From an uncultured Spirochaetota bacterium (GTDB taxonomy: Bacteria > Spirochaetota > UBA4802 > UBA5550): a DNA stretch of 64,000 bases. Of this stretch, positions 51,408 to 60,260 are shown one piece after another. The stretch covers positions 32,001-96,000 of the forward strand of contig CAWHAA010000004.1 of the NCBI GenBank assembly GCA_963827275.1. Reading direction: 5' to 3'. Each line of letters opens with the position of its first letter. The stretch's first letter is position 1. The notes under the pieces were generated by a model that saw only the letters and a program-made list of their open reading frames with translations, was not told where the DNA came from and made no database searches. The position numbers were made by a program, and so were the translations under genes.

Positions 51408-51559
51408 GGTGTTTCAGTATGATATTGCGGGCAGGAAATTTCAAGAAATAATTTATGTAAAAAATATTATATATCCCGAATAAAATTATTGTAAAAATAT
51501 TTTAAAACGTGATACTAAGGAATAATAAATTAAAATTGCATATCTATGGTGGGGGGATT

Positions 51560-52147
51560 ATGAAGAGTTTATTATGGATTCCGATTGTGTCTTTATTCTT
51601 TGCCGGCTGCGGCTTTAAAGTGGTTGTCAGCAATGATCCTTTTAAAAAGGCCACTGTTGTCACCGCGGATATGTGGCATAAGGTCATTGATAGCAAGATC
51701 GACAATCAGCGGGTGATATATCAAAAAGAAATAGTCAATGGAAAAATTTCTAACCCGACTGTGAGTTTCGAATTTTCAGCGGCAATAGGGGATATGGTAG
51801 GTTACCATTACCATGGCGAGCCTCTGGGTAATGACGTGTATGTACTATGCGATGCAAATAATTTTAAAGTCAAATTGCTTGATAATAACATTATTACAAG
51901 CACTCATTTCGGAAGGCAGGAAAATACCGATTCGAAGGGCAATGTTAATACGGTCGTGAATATAGGGCATTCCGGCTATTTATCTGGCAAGATTATATTA
52001 ACGCAAGATATTCAGCAGGCGATATTGAACTGTGCAAATTATCAGATACGCTTTACGGTAGGGAATAATTATATAACCCTGAATGCAACATCTTCTCAAT
52101 TAAAGGCAGTAAAGGAATTCCTGTTAACAAATAAAGCGGTGAATTAA
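51560..52147 (+). CDS. Hypothetical low-GC lipoprotein
   Basis: G-rich RBS; MKSLLWIPIVSLFFAGC lipobox; markedly AT-rich codons compared with neighbours. Confidence 0.75.
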   Translation: MKSLLWIPIVSLFFAGCGFKVVVSNDPFKKATVVTADMWHKVIDSKIDNQRVIYQKEIVNGKISNPTVSFEFSAAIGDMVGYHYHGEPLGNDVYVLCDANNFKVKLLDNNIITSTHFGRQENTDSKGNVNTVVNIGHSGYLSGKIILTQDIQQAILNCANYQIRFTVGNNYITLNATSSQLKAVKEFLLTNKAVN

Positions 52148-52173
52148 CATATCTTCTTATTGAAGTATCTGTC

Positions 52174-53667
52174 TCAGAGTGTTATAATGGTGACGAGGTG
52201 CCCGTCCACCACGGCATGGAGGGCCTCATGGGACTTCCCGTCAACCAGGATGATCGTTTTTTCCGGGCCGATCTCCCTGGCGGATGCGCGGCGCCACGCC
52301 TCGACGATGTGCATGCCTGATGCTTTTGAGACAGCCTCCTTTACCGACCACACCCGTATCGATGCTTCCATCTCTCCGAGGGCATGACCTCTGACCAGGG
52401 CTATCTCTTCATCATTCATGTAATGCCCCTGTCCTTTTAACACACGCCCGGTTATCTCCTCCACGTCGATACCGATCGGCTTTTCAGACACCGCCGCTAT
52501 GGCGAAGCGCGAGTCATGCGAGGCGGTGCAGCAGATTGAAGCCCCTCCGTCAGTGCGCGGGCAGAGGGGACGGCCGTCAGGCGACATGGTCGTAATGGCG
52601 TCAGGGGGCGTGGTCATGTCGTTGCCGGACAAACGCCGTGAGAGCGTTTTCAGGGCGAGGCGCGCCGAGCAGAAGCTCCGCATGCGCTTCTCGCGCATGG
52701 ATGCGGACCGCTCCCGCTCAGGAGCGGAGAGTATTTTTTCACAGGCCCCTGTCACGGTGACAAGCTCGATCACGCACAGGTCGGCGCACCGCCGCCGGAG
52801 CGCGGCGAGCGGGTCCTCGCCGCCGGCAATAATCCATGGCGGGGGCAGGAGCGTCTTCCCGCTCACGTCCTTCATGCCGAGGCCGCGGACCTCCTCGCAC
52901 AGGGCGCCGCTTTCATCAAAGATGAATATGTCAAACATGAGCGTTTCACCGGCCGGCTTCTTCGGAACGACCCTGGCGATGTAGGTTTCACCGGCCCGTG
53001 TTGGCGTATGGATGTACCTGGTGTCCATATGGACCGGGAACCCCACGATGCCCGCATGCCGCTGCCCCCACGCGCAGGCGGCATGGAAGGAGGCGTCGAG
53101 CGGAAAGGGCGATCCGAGCGGCCCGGAGGGCGCCTCCGGGGTACCCCCGCTCACGATGGCGAGGGCGCCGCTCCCCGTGACATGGAGCGAGCGTATGTTC
53201 CGGTATGCGGGCCCGAAAGGAACAAGCTGGCCGTAAATTCGTTCCGGCTCGGGGCTGGCGCAGATGCCGTCAAGTGCGAGGGCGGCATCGAGGGGCGGCG
53301 CCGGCGGCAGGCCGGCGGACGCGTTGAAGGTGCAGGAGGCATGCACAAGCTTTCGGGTGATGGAGGTCGTGCCGGCTTTTCGGACGGTGACCAGGGCCGC
53401 GGCAACTGATCCTTCGGTGTTCACTGAAGCTTCGGTTTCCGCCTCAAGCGATGTTGAACCAGTCCCGATGTCGAGGAAGCGGGGAAAGTCGGCGTTGCTG
53501 ATGCGGCGGGGATTGAGTTCCTTGCTCGCTGATACCGCGGCCGCCGCCAGCACCTGCATCGCCTCGACGGCCGGGAACACGGCGCGGCCGCGGAACACGT
53601 GGTCGCGGAGGTACTCGCGGACCGGGATGGTTACCGGTGCGCGGGTTATTTCGGGAAGGTCTTCCAT
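52174..53667 (-). CDS. PKS-type dehydratase fused to an Sfp-type 4'-phosphopantetheinyl transferase
   Basis: DH HxxxGxxxxP motif (YLRDHVFRGRAVFP), FGPAY, PLDASFH; PPTase ASHD, IGIDVE, WSVKEAVSK. Confidence 0.85.
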   Translation of the reverse strand: MEDLPEITRAPVTIPVREYLRDHVFRGRAVFPAVEAMQVLAAAAVSASKELNPRRISNADFPRFLDIGTGSTSLEAETEASVNTEGSVAAALVTVRKAGTTSITRKLVHASCTFNASAGLPPAPPLDAALALDGICASPEPERIYGQLVPFGPAYRNIRSLHVTGSGALAIVSGGTPEAPSGPLGSPFPLDASFHAACAWGQRHAGIVGFPVHMDTRYIHTPTRAGETYIARVVPKKPAGETLMFDIFIFDESGALCEEVRGLGMKDVSGKTLLPPPWIIAGGEDPLAALRRRCADLCVIELVTVTGACEKILSAPERERSASMREKRMRSFCSARLALKTLSRRLSGNDMTTPPDAITTMSPDGRPLCPRTDGGASICCTASHDSRFAIAAVSEKPIGIDVEEITGRVLKGQGHYMNDEEIALVRGHALGEMEASIRVWSVKEAVSKASGMHIVEAWRRASAREIGPEKTIILVDGKSHEALHAVVDGHLVTIITL

Positions 53668-54125
53668 AGGTGGACCGTCTTCTCATCCACCGCGACCGGC
53701 TTACCCGCTTTATTCAGGGCGCAGTGCCTGGTGAACCCGCGGCAGATGAGCGCGCCGGACTCCGCGTGGGTTATGAGGTAATCGAATTTCAGCTTTACCC
53801 GCTCGAGCTCTATGGGCCGGGTATGGATCCAGATCAGGTCGTCGTAGTAGAGCGGCTTGTAGAAGGTAATTCCCAGGTCGATGATCGGGTACACGAACCC
53901 GCTGTCTTCGATCTCGCGGTAGGGGTAGGCGGCGTCGCGCATGAGTGACGCCCTGCCGAGCTCGAAGTAGCGCAGGTAGTTGGAATGGTACACGACCTCG
54001 GAGCGGTCAGTGTCCGCGTACAGGGTACGGTGCTGGCACCGGTGCCAGATCATGCCGGAATTCGCGTCCCGCACGAACCGCCCGTCGTCCCCGTATATCT
54101 CAGGCCTGAATGGCTTCGGCTTCAC
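53646..54125 (-). CDS. Acyl-CoA/ACP thioesterase (YbgC/4HBT hot-dog family)
   Basis: YADTDRSEVVYHSNYLRYFELGR; GTG start 1 nt after the fabF stop. Confidence 0.88.
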   Translation of the reverse strand: MKPKPFRPEIYGDDGRFVRDANSGMIWHRCQHRTLYADTDRSEVVYHSNYLRYFELGRASLMRDAAYPYREIEDSGFVYPIIDLGITFYKPLYYDDLIWIHTRPIELERVKLKFDYLITHAESGALICRGFTRHCALNKAGKPVAVDEKTVHLWKTFPK

Positions 54126-54126
54126 G

Positions 54127-55392
54127 CTATACCCCCCTGAACACGACGCAGCAGTTGGTCCCGCCGAAGCCGAAGGCATTCGAGAGGACGATCCCGTGCG
54201 CCTGCCGCCGCGCAGCGTTCGGGACCACGTCGATCCCCGCGAGCGCCGGGTCAGGCACGTGGTTCATGGTGGGGAGTATGATTCCCTGCCGCATCCCCTC
54301 TATGGCGAAGGCCGCTTCGATCGCGGCCGCGCCCCCCAGGGTGTGCCCGATCTGCGATTTGTTCGATGATACCGGGACCCTGCCGGCATGGGTGCCGAAC
54401 ACCTGCTTGATGCACTCGATCTCGGTCGAATCGCCCTTGGGAGTGGACGTGCCGTGCGCGTTGATGTACTGGATGTCGCCCGGGACGAGACCGGCGTCAT
54501 CGATCGCCATTTTCATGGCGAGGATGATGGTCTCCATGTTCGGCCGGGTAATGTGGTGGGCGTCGGAGTTCCATCCCACGCCGAGCACCTCTGCCCGCGG
54601 CGAGAGGCCGTGCGCCGCGACCATGTCGTCGGCCGCCAGGACGATCACCCCGGCGCCTTCGGAGAGGACAAACCCCTTCCGGTCGATGCTGAAGGGCCGC
54701 GAGGCCTGGCCCGGGTCGTCGTATGCGCGGTCGCCCTGCTTTATCTTCACGGTCGCGTTCATGTTTTCGAAGCCGTGGATGATCTCCGGAATCACGCAGG
54801 TGTCCACGCCGCCGGCGAGGACAAAGTCGGCGTCACCGTCGCGTATCATGCGCGCGCCGATGCCGATGGCGTGGTTGCCGGACGCGCACGCGCCCTCGGG
54901 GGCGAACACGGGGCCGGTGAAGCCCAGGAGCATCCCCGCCTTGCCGGAGGGGAGGTTCGCGCACAGGTTCGGCAGGAGGTAGGGGCTCACCTTCGACGGG
55001 CCCCTGCTGATATAGCCGTCCATCGCCTTGCGGTAGGCGTCGGACCCGTTCAGGGCGGAGCCGATCAGGCACGCGGTGCGGGGGCCGGTCTCGGCGTTGA
55101 TCTCCAGGCCCGCGTGCCGCACCGCCTCCTGGCAGACCGCCATGGTGAGGAGTACGAAATCCGCGTTCCAGTGGTAGATCTCCTTCTCGTCGGTGAAGTC
55201 GAGCGCGCGCGGGTCCCAGTCGGGGATCTCGCCCACGACGTCGCACGCGGAATGGACCTCGCACCGTGTCACCTTGCGGAACCCGGTCTCGCCCCTGACG
55301 GCGCGGGCCCAGGATTTCTCGAAGGTGGCGCCCAGCGGCGTGGCCGCCCCGTACCCTATGACATATACCCGTCTATTTTTCGGCGCTTTCAT
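54127..55392 (-). CDS. fabF: Beta-ketoacyl-ACP synthase II family (copy A)
   Basis: GACASG (catalytic Cys), SRPF, EGAG, HGTST, KSQIGH, NAFGFGGTN. Confidence 0.9.
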   Translation of the reverse strand: MKAPKNRRVYVIGYGAATPLGATFEKSWARAVRGETGFRKVTRCEVHSACDVVGEIPDWDPRALDFTDEKEIYHWNADFVLLTMAVCQEAVRHAGLEINAETGPRTACLIGSALNGSDAYRKAMDGYISRGPSKVSPYLLPNLCANLPSGKAGMLLGFTGPVFAPEGACASGNHAIGIGARMIRDGDADFVLAGGVDTCVIPEIIHGFENMNATVKIKQGDRAYDDPGQASRPFSIDRKGFVLSEGAGVIVLAADDMVAAHGLSPRAEVLGVGWNSDAHHITRPNMETIILAMKMAIDDAGLVPGDIQYINAHGTSTPKGDSTEIECIKQVFGTHAGRVPVSSNKSQIGHTLGGAAAIEAAFAIEGMRQGIILPTMNHVPDPALAGIDVVPNAARRQAHGIVLSNAFGFGGTNCCVVFRGV

Positions 55393-55702
55393 TCTTTTTT
55401 CGTTGTCGATCTGATCGTTTTTGCATACCGGGAGACTCCGGTTATCAAAAAAACATGTCATTATTAAGAAAGAAGGTAATAATTAACAACTAAAATTTTG
55501 TTTGCCCCCGGTCTGCTTGCATAACAACAGGGAGACATAATGGAGTCATGGTAAATTCTATTCAATATAGGTATAAATATATAAAAAAAATTTAAGTGCC
55601 TATATCTGATCAAGCTCCAGATCAATAATTTACCGTCCAAACAGACTTAATACTATTGACATTATGATCGTGCGATGCGAAGATTATGATATGAGGTGTT
55701 AT

Positions 55703-56755
55703 ATGAAAACGTTACGTGTGACCGCGTTTTTTGCACTGCTATTCAGTATCTGTATCGTCATGTCGGCATGTGACAGTTCCGGCGGCGGCGAGATTATCCC
55801 CCCTGCGCCCGGGGCCGGCGATGATGATCCCGGTACTGGCGACCCCGGTACTGGCGATCCCGGTGCTGGCGACCCCGGGACCATTGATCCCGATCCCCTG
55901 ACCCTCGTGTTCGTCGGCGATACCATGATGGATCGAAAAGTCAAAAAGTCCGTTGTCAATAACGGGGACGGTGATTACCGTTTCCTCTTTCAATACATGG
56001 CGGATTACCTGGCCGGGGCTGATCTCGCGTTTACGAACCTCGAAAGCGTAATAAGCGATGCCGGAACCATGCAGGTATATTTTGAAATTGCATTTGAGGC
56101 GGATCCCGCCTCAATTGACGGCCTGACCTATGCCGGCATCGACGTGGTTTCGGTCGCCAACAACCATGCCTTTGATTATGGACGGACCGCGTTCGAAGAT
56201 TCCCTCTCGCGCCTGTCAGCTGCCGGCATTGCCGGCATCGGCGGCGGTGACTTTAACGAAGCCTACGCCCCAAGGGTATTCGACGTGAAGGGGACAACAA
56301 TAGCCTACCTTGCCTTTACCCTTGTCGGCCGGGAATCGACAATGCGGGTCGAGGAGGATGATCCCACCAAGGCAGGGGTCGCGTGGTATTATCCCGAGTA
56401 TGCGGACCCCGCGATCGAGCAGGCAAAGAGCCTGGCGGACGTAGTGGTCGTGTCGCTCCATTTCGGCGATGAATATGAAACAGAGCCTGATAGCGACCAG
56501 ATCGAGGTGGCACGGCATTGCATTGACCGGGGGGCACACCTTGTTGTCGGCCATCACCCGCACGTGGTCCAGCCGCTTGCGTCATACGGCGGCGGATATA
56601 TCGCCTACTCGCTGGGCAATTTCATATTTGACCAGAGCGACGAGGACACGCACCGGGGCATGGTCCTGGAGGTGACGGTCAGCGACAAGAAGATAACGAG
56701 CGCTGTCGATAAGTATATCGACATCAACGATTACTACCAGCCGGTCATGCAGTAG
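55703..56755 (+). CDS. CapA / PGA_cap family metallophosphoesterase lipoprotein
   Basis: GAGGTG RBS; lipobox VMSAC; VGDTM, NLES, ANNHAFDYG, LHFGDEY, GHHPHV, YSLGNFIF. Confidence 0.9.
   Translation: MKTLRVTAFFALLFSICIVMSACDSSGGGEIIPPAPGAGDDDPGTGDPGTGDPGAGDPGTIDPDPLTLVFVGDTMMDRKVKKSVVNNGDGDYRFLFQYMADYLAGADLAFTNLESVISDAGTMQVYFEIAFEADPASIDGLTYAGIDVVSVANNHAFDYGRTAFEDSLSRLSAAGIAGIGGGDFNEAYAPRVFDVKGTTIAYLAFTLVGRESTMRVEEDDPTKAGVAWYYPEYADPAIEQAKSLADVVVVSLHFGDEYETEPDSDQIEVARHCIDRGAHLVVGHHPHVVQPLASYGGGYIAYSLGNFIFDQSDEDTHRGMVLEVTVSDKKITSAVDKYIDINDYYQPVMQ
55826..55885 (+). repeat. In-frame 15-bp tandem repeat x4 (DPGTG linker)
   Basis: GATCCCGGTACTGGC / GACCCCGGTACTGGC / GATCCCGGTGCTGGC / GACCCCGGGACCATT. 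Confidence 0.9.
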
Positions 56756-56838
56756 GGGCGCGGCTGCTTTCCGCCCCGTTTCGATGACGCCGGCATCCCC
56801 GCGCGTGGCGTTACCGGCAGTCAATGTGATGGAGAATC

Positions 56839-56871
56839 AAAAAAGGGCACTGTAACAGGTGCCCTTTTTTT
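56839..56871 (+). terminator. Intrinsic terminator
   Basis: AAAAAAGGGCAC-loop-GTGCCCTTTTTTT. Confidence 0.8.
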
Positions 56872-56970
56872 GCGGGGTTTCCGCACTCCCGCGTCGCGCG
56901 CGGCACGGGGCGCGTGAAATGCGGTCGCTGGAGAATACCGTTTCCCGGTAATGTGCGTTATATAAATTTA

Positions 56971-56999
56971 TTGACAATAGAAAAAACCCGCAGTAGAAA
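56971..56999 (+). promoter_or_regulatory. Putative sigma70 promoter
   Basis: TTGACA-N17-TAGAAA, the same hexamers as at 10166-10194. Confidence 0.45.
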
Positions 57000-57035
57000 C
57001 AATACCCTGAGCAAAACTTATGGCGAAGGAATTAC

Positions 57036-58520
57036 GTGAAGCGGGGATTGCTGCGAGCATTTACGTTTTTTATCTGCATGGCTGCACTGCATTCCTGCTC
57101 GTGCCTGGACGCGCCCCGGCTCCCGCGATATCTTCTGGCAATCCAAATACTGCGGAACATATATCCCTACTATGAAGGAACGACCTGTCCCGGTGAGATA
57201 AATACGGATGAAGCGGTCATTGCCGGGAACGTCTTCTATGTCAATCCGGCCCATCCGGGCGCGAGCATGTCAAACCCGGGAACGGAGGACCTCCCCTGGA
57301 CCACGTTCCAGGCAGTTATCGAGAACGGGAAAATCGAAACAATGGAACCCTCGGTCCATCCGTATTCGGTCTTCGCTTCCCTGAACGTCAAAAATCCGGG
57401 AGCGCCGGTACAGGCGGGGGACACCATCGTGTTACGAAGCGGCCATCATGGGAATATACTTGTTCAGGATTATTTTAATTCCGGGTATATCAATGTGATC
57501 GCGGATGCCGGCGCCACCGTGTCGCGCCTGCATGTCCAGTCCGGGTGCAGGTGGCGGTTCAAAGGCCTCACGATACGGCCTGACGCCGGGCCCGCGGAGG
57601 GATATTCCCTCGTGTTCCTTGAAACGCACGGCTGGCACGGGCCCGTGTATAATATAACCATTGATGACTGCAGCCTGTATTCCATCGATGATCCGTCGGG
57701 ATGGAGCATGGGCGACTGGGACACCCGCTCCTGCAACGGCATTGTCGCATCCGGGAACAACATGACCCTCAGGAGGAACTACCTGCGAAACGTGAACTTC
57801 GGCCTCACGATCTCGGGGAATTTCGGGCTGGCCAGGGGGAATACCATTGAAAACTTCGCCGGTGACGGGATGCGCGGCCTCGGCAATGACCTTTTTTTCG
57901 AATACAATATGGTGAGGAACTGCTATGACGTCAACGCGAACCATGACGACGGGTTCCAGTCCTGGTCCATTGACGACGATCCCCCCAGGGAACGCGTGGT
58001 CCTCCGCGGCAACGTGATCCTCAATTATACAGACCCGGCGCAGCCCTTCAGGGGCGCGCTCCAGGGCATCGGCTGCTTCGACGGCTTCTACATCAACTGG
58101 GTGATAGAGAACAACGTGGTCATAACCGACCACTGGCACGGGATATCGCTCTACGGCGCAATCAACTGCCGGATTGTGAACAACACGGTGGTTGACATCA
58201 ACGACGCGACGCCGGGCCCGCCCTGGATCGCGATCGTTCCGCACGGCAGCGGCCTGCCGAGCAGAAACTGCCTGATCCGCAACAATATCGCGACCGCCAT
58301 AACCGTCACCGGCGGCGTCACCGCGGACCATAATTACATTATAGGAAGTTTTGCCGATTACGGGGCACTCTTTGTCAACCCTGCCGCCAATGATCTGCAT
58401 GTAAATCCCGGCGCGCCGGTCGTTGACGCGGGCATCGCGGAATCCGCGCCCCTGTTTGATATCGACGGCACGGCGAGACCGCGCGGGGCCGGGTTTGATA
58501 TTGGCGCGTATGAGTATTGA
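57036..58520 (+). CDS. Right-handed parallel beta-helix (pectin-lyase-like / choice-of-anchor Q) lipoprotein
   Basis: ALHSCSC lipobox-like; GTEDLPW, AGDTIVLRSG, NHDDGFQ, NNTV; ends DIDG..RP.G..DIGAYE. Confidence 0.8.
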   Translation: MKRGLLRAFTFFICMAALHSCSCLDAPRLPRYLLAIQILRNIYPYYEGTTCPGEINTDEAVIAGNVFYVNPAHPGASMSNPGTEDLPWTTFQAVIENGKIETMEPSVHPYSVFASLNVKNPGAPVQAGDTIVLRSGHHGNILVQDYFNSGYINVIADAGATVSRLHVQSGCRWRFKGLTIRPDAGPAEGYSLVFLETHGWHGPVYNITIDDCSLYSIDDPSGWSMGDWDTRSCNGIVASGNNMTLRRNYLRNVNFGLTISGNFGLARGNTIENFAGDGMRGLGNDLFFEYNMVRNCYDVNANHDDGFQSWSIDDDPPRERVVLRGNVILNYTDPAQPFRGALQGIGCFDGFYINWVIENNVVITDHWHGISLYGAINCRIVNNTVVDINDATPGPPWIAIVPHGSGLPSRNCLIRNNIATAITVTGGVTADHNYIIGSFADYGALFVNPAANDLHVNPGAPVVDAGIAESAPLFDIDGTARPRGAGFDIGAYEY

Positions 58521-58573
58521 GATATTCCTGTAAAGACCGTCCGGATTACGCAGGAGATATTCTGGAAGAATGA

Positions 58574-58605
58574 AGAAAGGGCGCCCCGGTCAGGGCGCCC
58601 TTTCT
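58574..58605. terminator. Bidirectional terminator between convergent genes
   Basis: AGAAAGGGCGCCC-CGGTCA-GGGCGCCCTTTCT, perfect 13-bp stem. Confidence 0.75.
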
Positions 58606-58616
58606 GGTGTCGGCCG

Positions 58617-60044
58617 CTAGAATTTGAATATCACCCAGGGATCGGAGTAGAGGCCGTAGAGGCTCGACAGCTCCAGGTTGGTGAGATCGAACATCGATAT
58701 CGATGATTCCACCGGCTGGTCCGGGTCCGGCGCGTAGTACCCGTAGTTGGGCGGGTGCAGGAAGTCGATGAGGGACCGCGCTTTCGCGTTGTCGATCGTT
58801 CCGTACGCGTTGAGGATGAGGTCGGTCAGCGTCTCGTACCGCCAGGTCGAATCGGGGATGGCGCCCCCCAGGGTGAGGTACATGTCCGGGACCAGGTAGT
58901 GGTTCGTGGCGACCACGAGGTCGCTCTTGTTCTCGATCTGGCCGGGGATGTTCAGCATTTTTGCCCAGGACGGCTGGACATAGTCGTCATACCTGACCCG
59001 CTTCATGTTGGCCGATACCTCGACGAGTGCGCCCCCAATCTCGGCGCCGCGCCCGTCGCCGACGGGGAAGAGCCAGGACACGCCCAGCTTCTTTGTCGTC
59101 AGTATCGTTACGGCCTGGCTGAGCTCGCTCGCGTGCTGGAGCACATAGCGGTTGATCAGGAGGCCGCCCATCCCGAGCGCGTTCACGTTGTTGTTGCCGG
59201 AGGGGACCATGTCGATGCCGATGCCGATGCCCCTGTCGTTCATGCCGGCGGCGGTGCCCACGAACGAGGGGGCCATGACGCTGACGAAGCGGTTCCCCGT
59301 GTCGGGGACGTATTCGATGATGAGGCCGTACTTGTAATAGACCCCGTTGCCGAACATGAAGTCCCTGCCCATGAGCGTCCTGCCGTCAACCGTCGCCTTG
59401 CCCGTGGCGACAAAGGCGTTGCAGGCGTGCGGGACCGGCATGAGCGGGATTGCGAGCGGGATGAGGGGCGCGATGATGGGGTAGCCGATGCCGAGGATCG
59501 CGTCGAACGCGAGATTGTTCATCATCACGCTCTTGTAGTCCACCGGGTAGCCCGCGTCATTCGCGCCGTCGACGATGCCGTTCACCTCTTCGAGGAACTC
59601 TTCCGGGACCTCGCCGTCCCTGATCGACTTTTCGATCGGGATGTACAACAGGTTGACGAGCACCTTGACCCCGGCCTCGCCGCCGACGAGCTGGAGGAGC
59701 TGGTCAATTGTGACATCGAGCTCGAGCATGTGAATGATGAGCCCGCCCCAGAACTCTATCGACGCCATATGGGAGACCCCTTCGGCGCAGAGATAGCCGT
59801 GCTGGTATCCCATGTCATACGGCGATCCCTCGACATGGAGGAGCTTCTTCCCGTCGCTGTTGACGCCGAGGTACCCTATGCCGTCCGGCGCGTAGGTGCG
59901 GTCGGTGAAATCGTTGAGGTTGGAATAGGCGTAGCTCATCGCCAGCGGGTCCACCCAGTCGTACTCGAGATCGCATGCGGTGATGCCCGCGACGCTGCAG
60001 ATGATAACAAGAAACGCGGTGATACGTTTTCTGATCATGATCAT
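58617..60044 (-). CDS. Peptidase C45 / acyl-CoA:6-APA acyltransferase-like Ntn-hydrolase lipoprotein
   Basis: GITAC lipobox; GSPYDMGYQHG; autoprocessing site HA/CNAF; GRDF; GMNDRG; TNHY. Confidence 0.85.
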   Translation of the reverse strand: MIMIRKRITAFLVIICSVAGITACDLEYDWVDPLAMSYAYSNLNDFTDRTYAPDGIGYLGVNSDGKKLLHVEGSPYDMGYQHGYLCAEGVSHMASIEFWGGLIIHMLELDVTIDQLLQLVGGEAGVKVLVNLLYIPIEKSIRDGEVPEEFLEEVNGIVDGANDAGYPVDYKSVMMNNLAFDAILGIGYPIIAPLIPLAIPLMPVPHACNAFVATGKATVDGRTLMGRDFMFGNGVYYKYGLIIEYVPDTGNRFVSVMAPSFVGTAAGMNDRGIGIGIDMVPSGNNNVNALGMGGLLINRYVLQHASELSQAVTILTTKKLGVSWLFPVGDGRGAEIGGALVEVSANMKRVRYDDYVQPSWAKMLNIPGQIENKSDLVVATNHYLVPDMYLTLGGAIPDSTWRYETLTDLILNAYGTIDNAKARSLIDFLHPPNYGYYAPDPDQPVESSISMFDLTNLELSSLYGLYSDPWVIFKF

Positions 60045-60260
60045 ACCCCCCTTGAAAATATTGTCTGTCATCGCAGGGTGTACATCGAGTGTATCGAGAC
60101 GGCCCTCGCGGCGGCAGCACGGTACAGCAGAATAATGACTGATATGTCAGTCAAAGCAGGAAAAAGTAATTTGTCAAGAAAAAAACCGGACAGACGTATT
60201 TTTTTTGATGGTAGAATTATATATTCAAAATTGAGCATAGATGCAGCGGGAGGGTGGAAT

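Noticed and set aside
55826..55885. Short direct repeats as a possible CRISPR array or phase-variable tract
   Set aside because: Contiguous in-frame 15-mers without spacers that encode a DPGTG linker; no cas genes.
57036..58520. Beta-helix protein as a T9SS substrate for the SprA-like pore
   Set aside because: It ends at DIGAYEY with no C-terminal sorting domain and has a lipoprotein-type signal.
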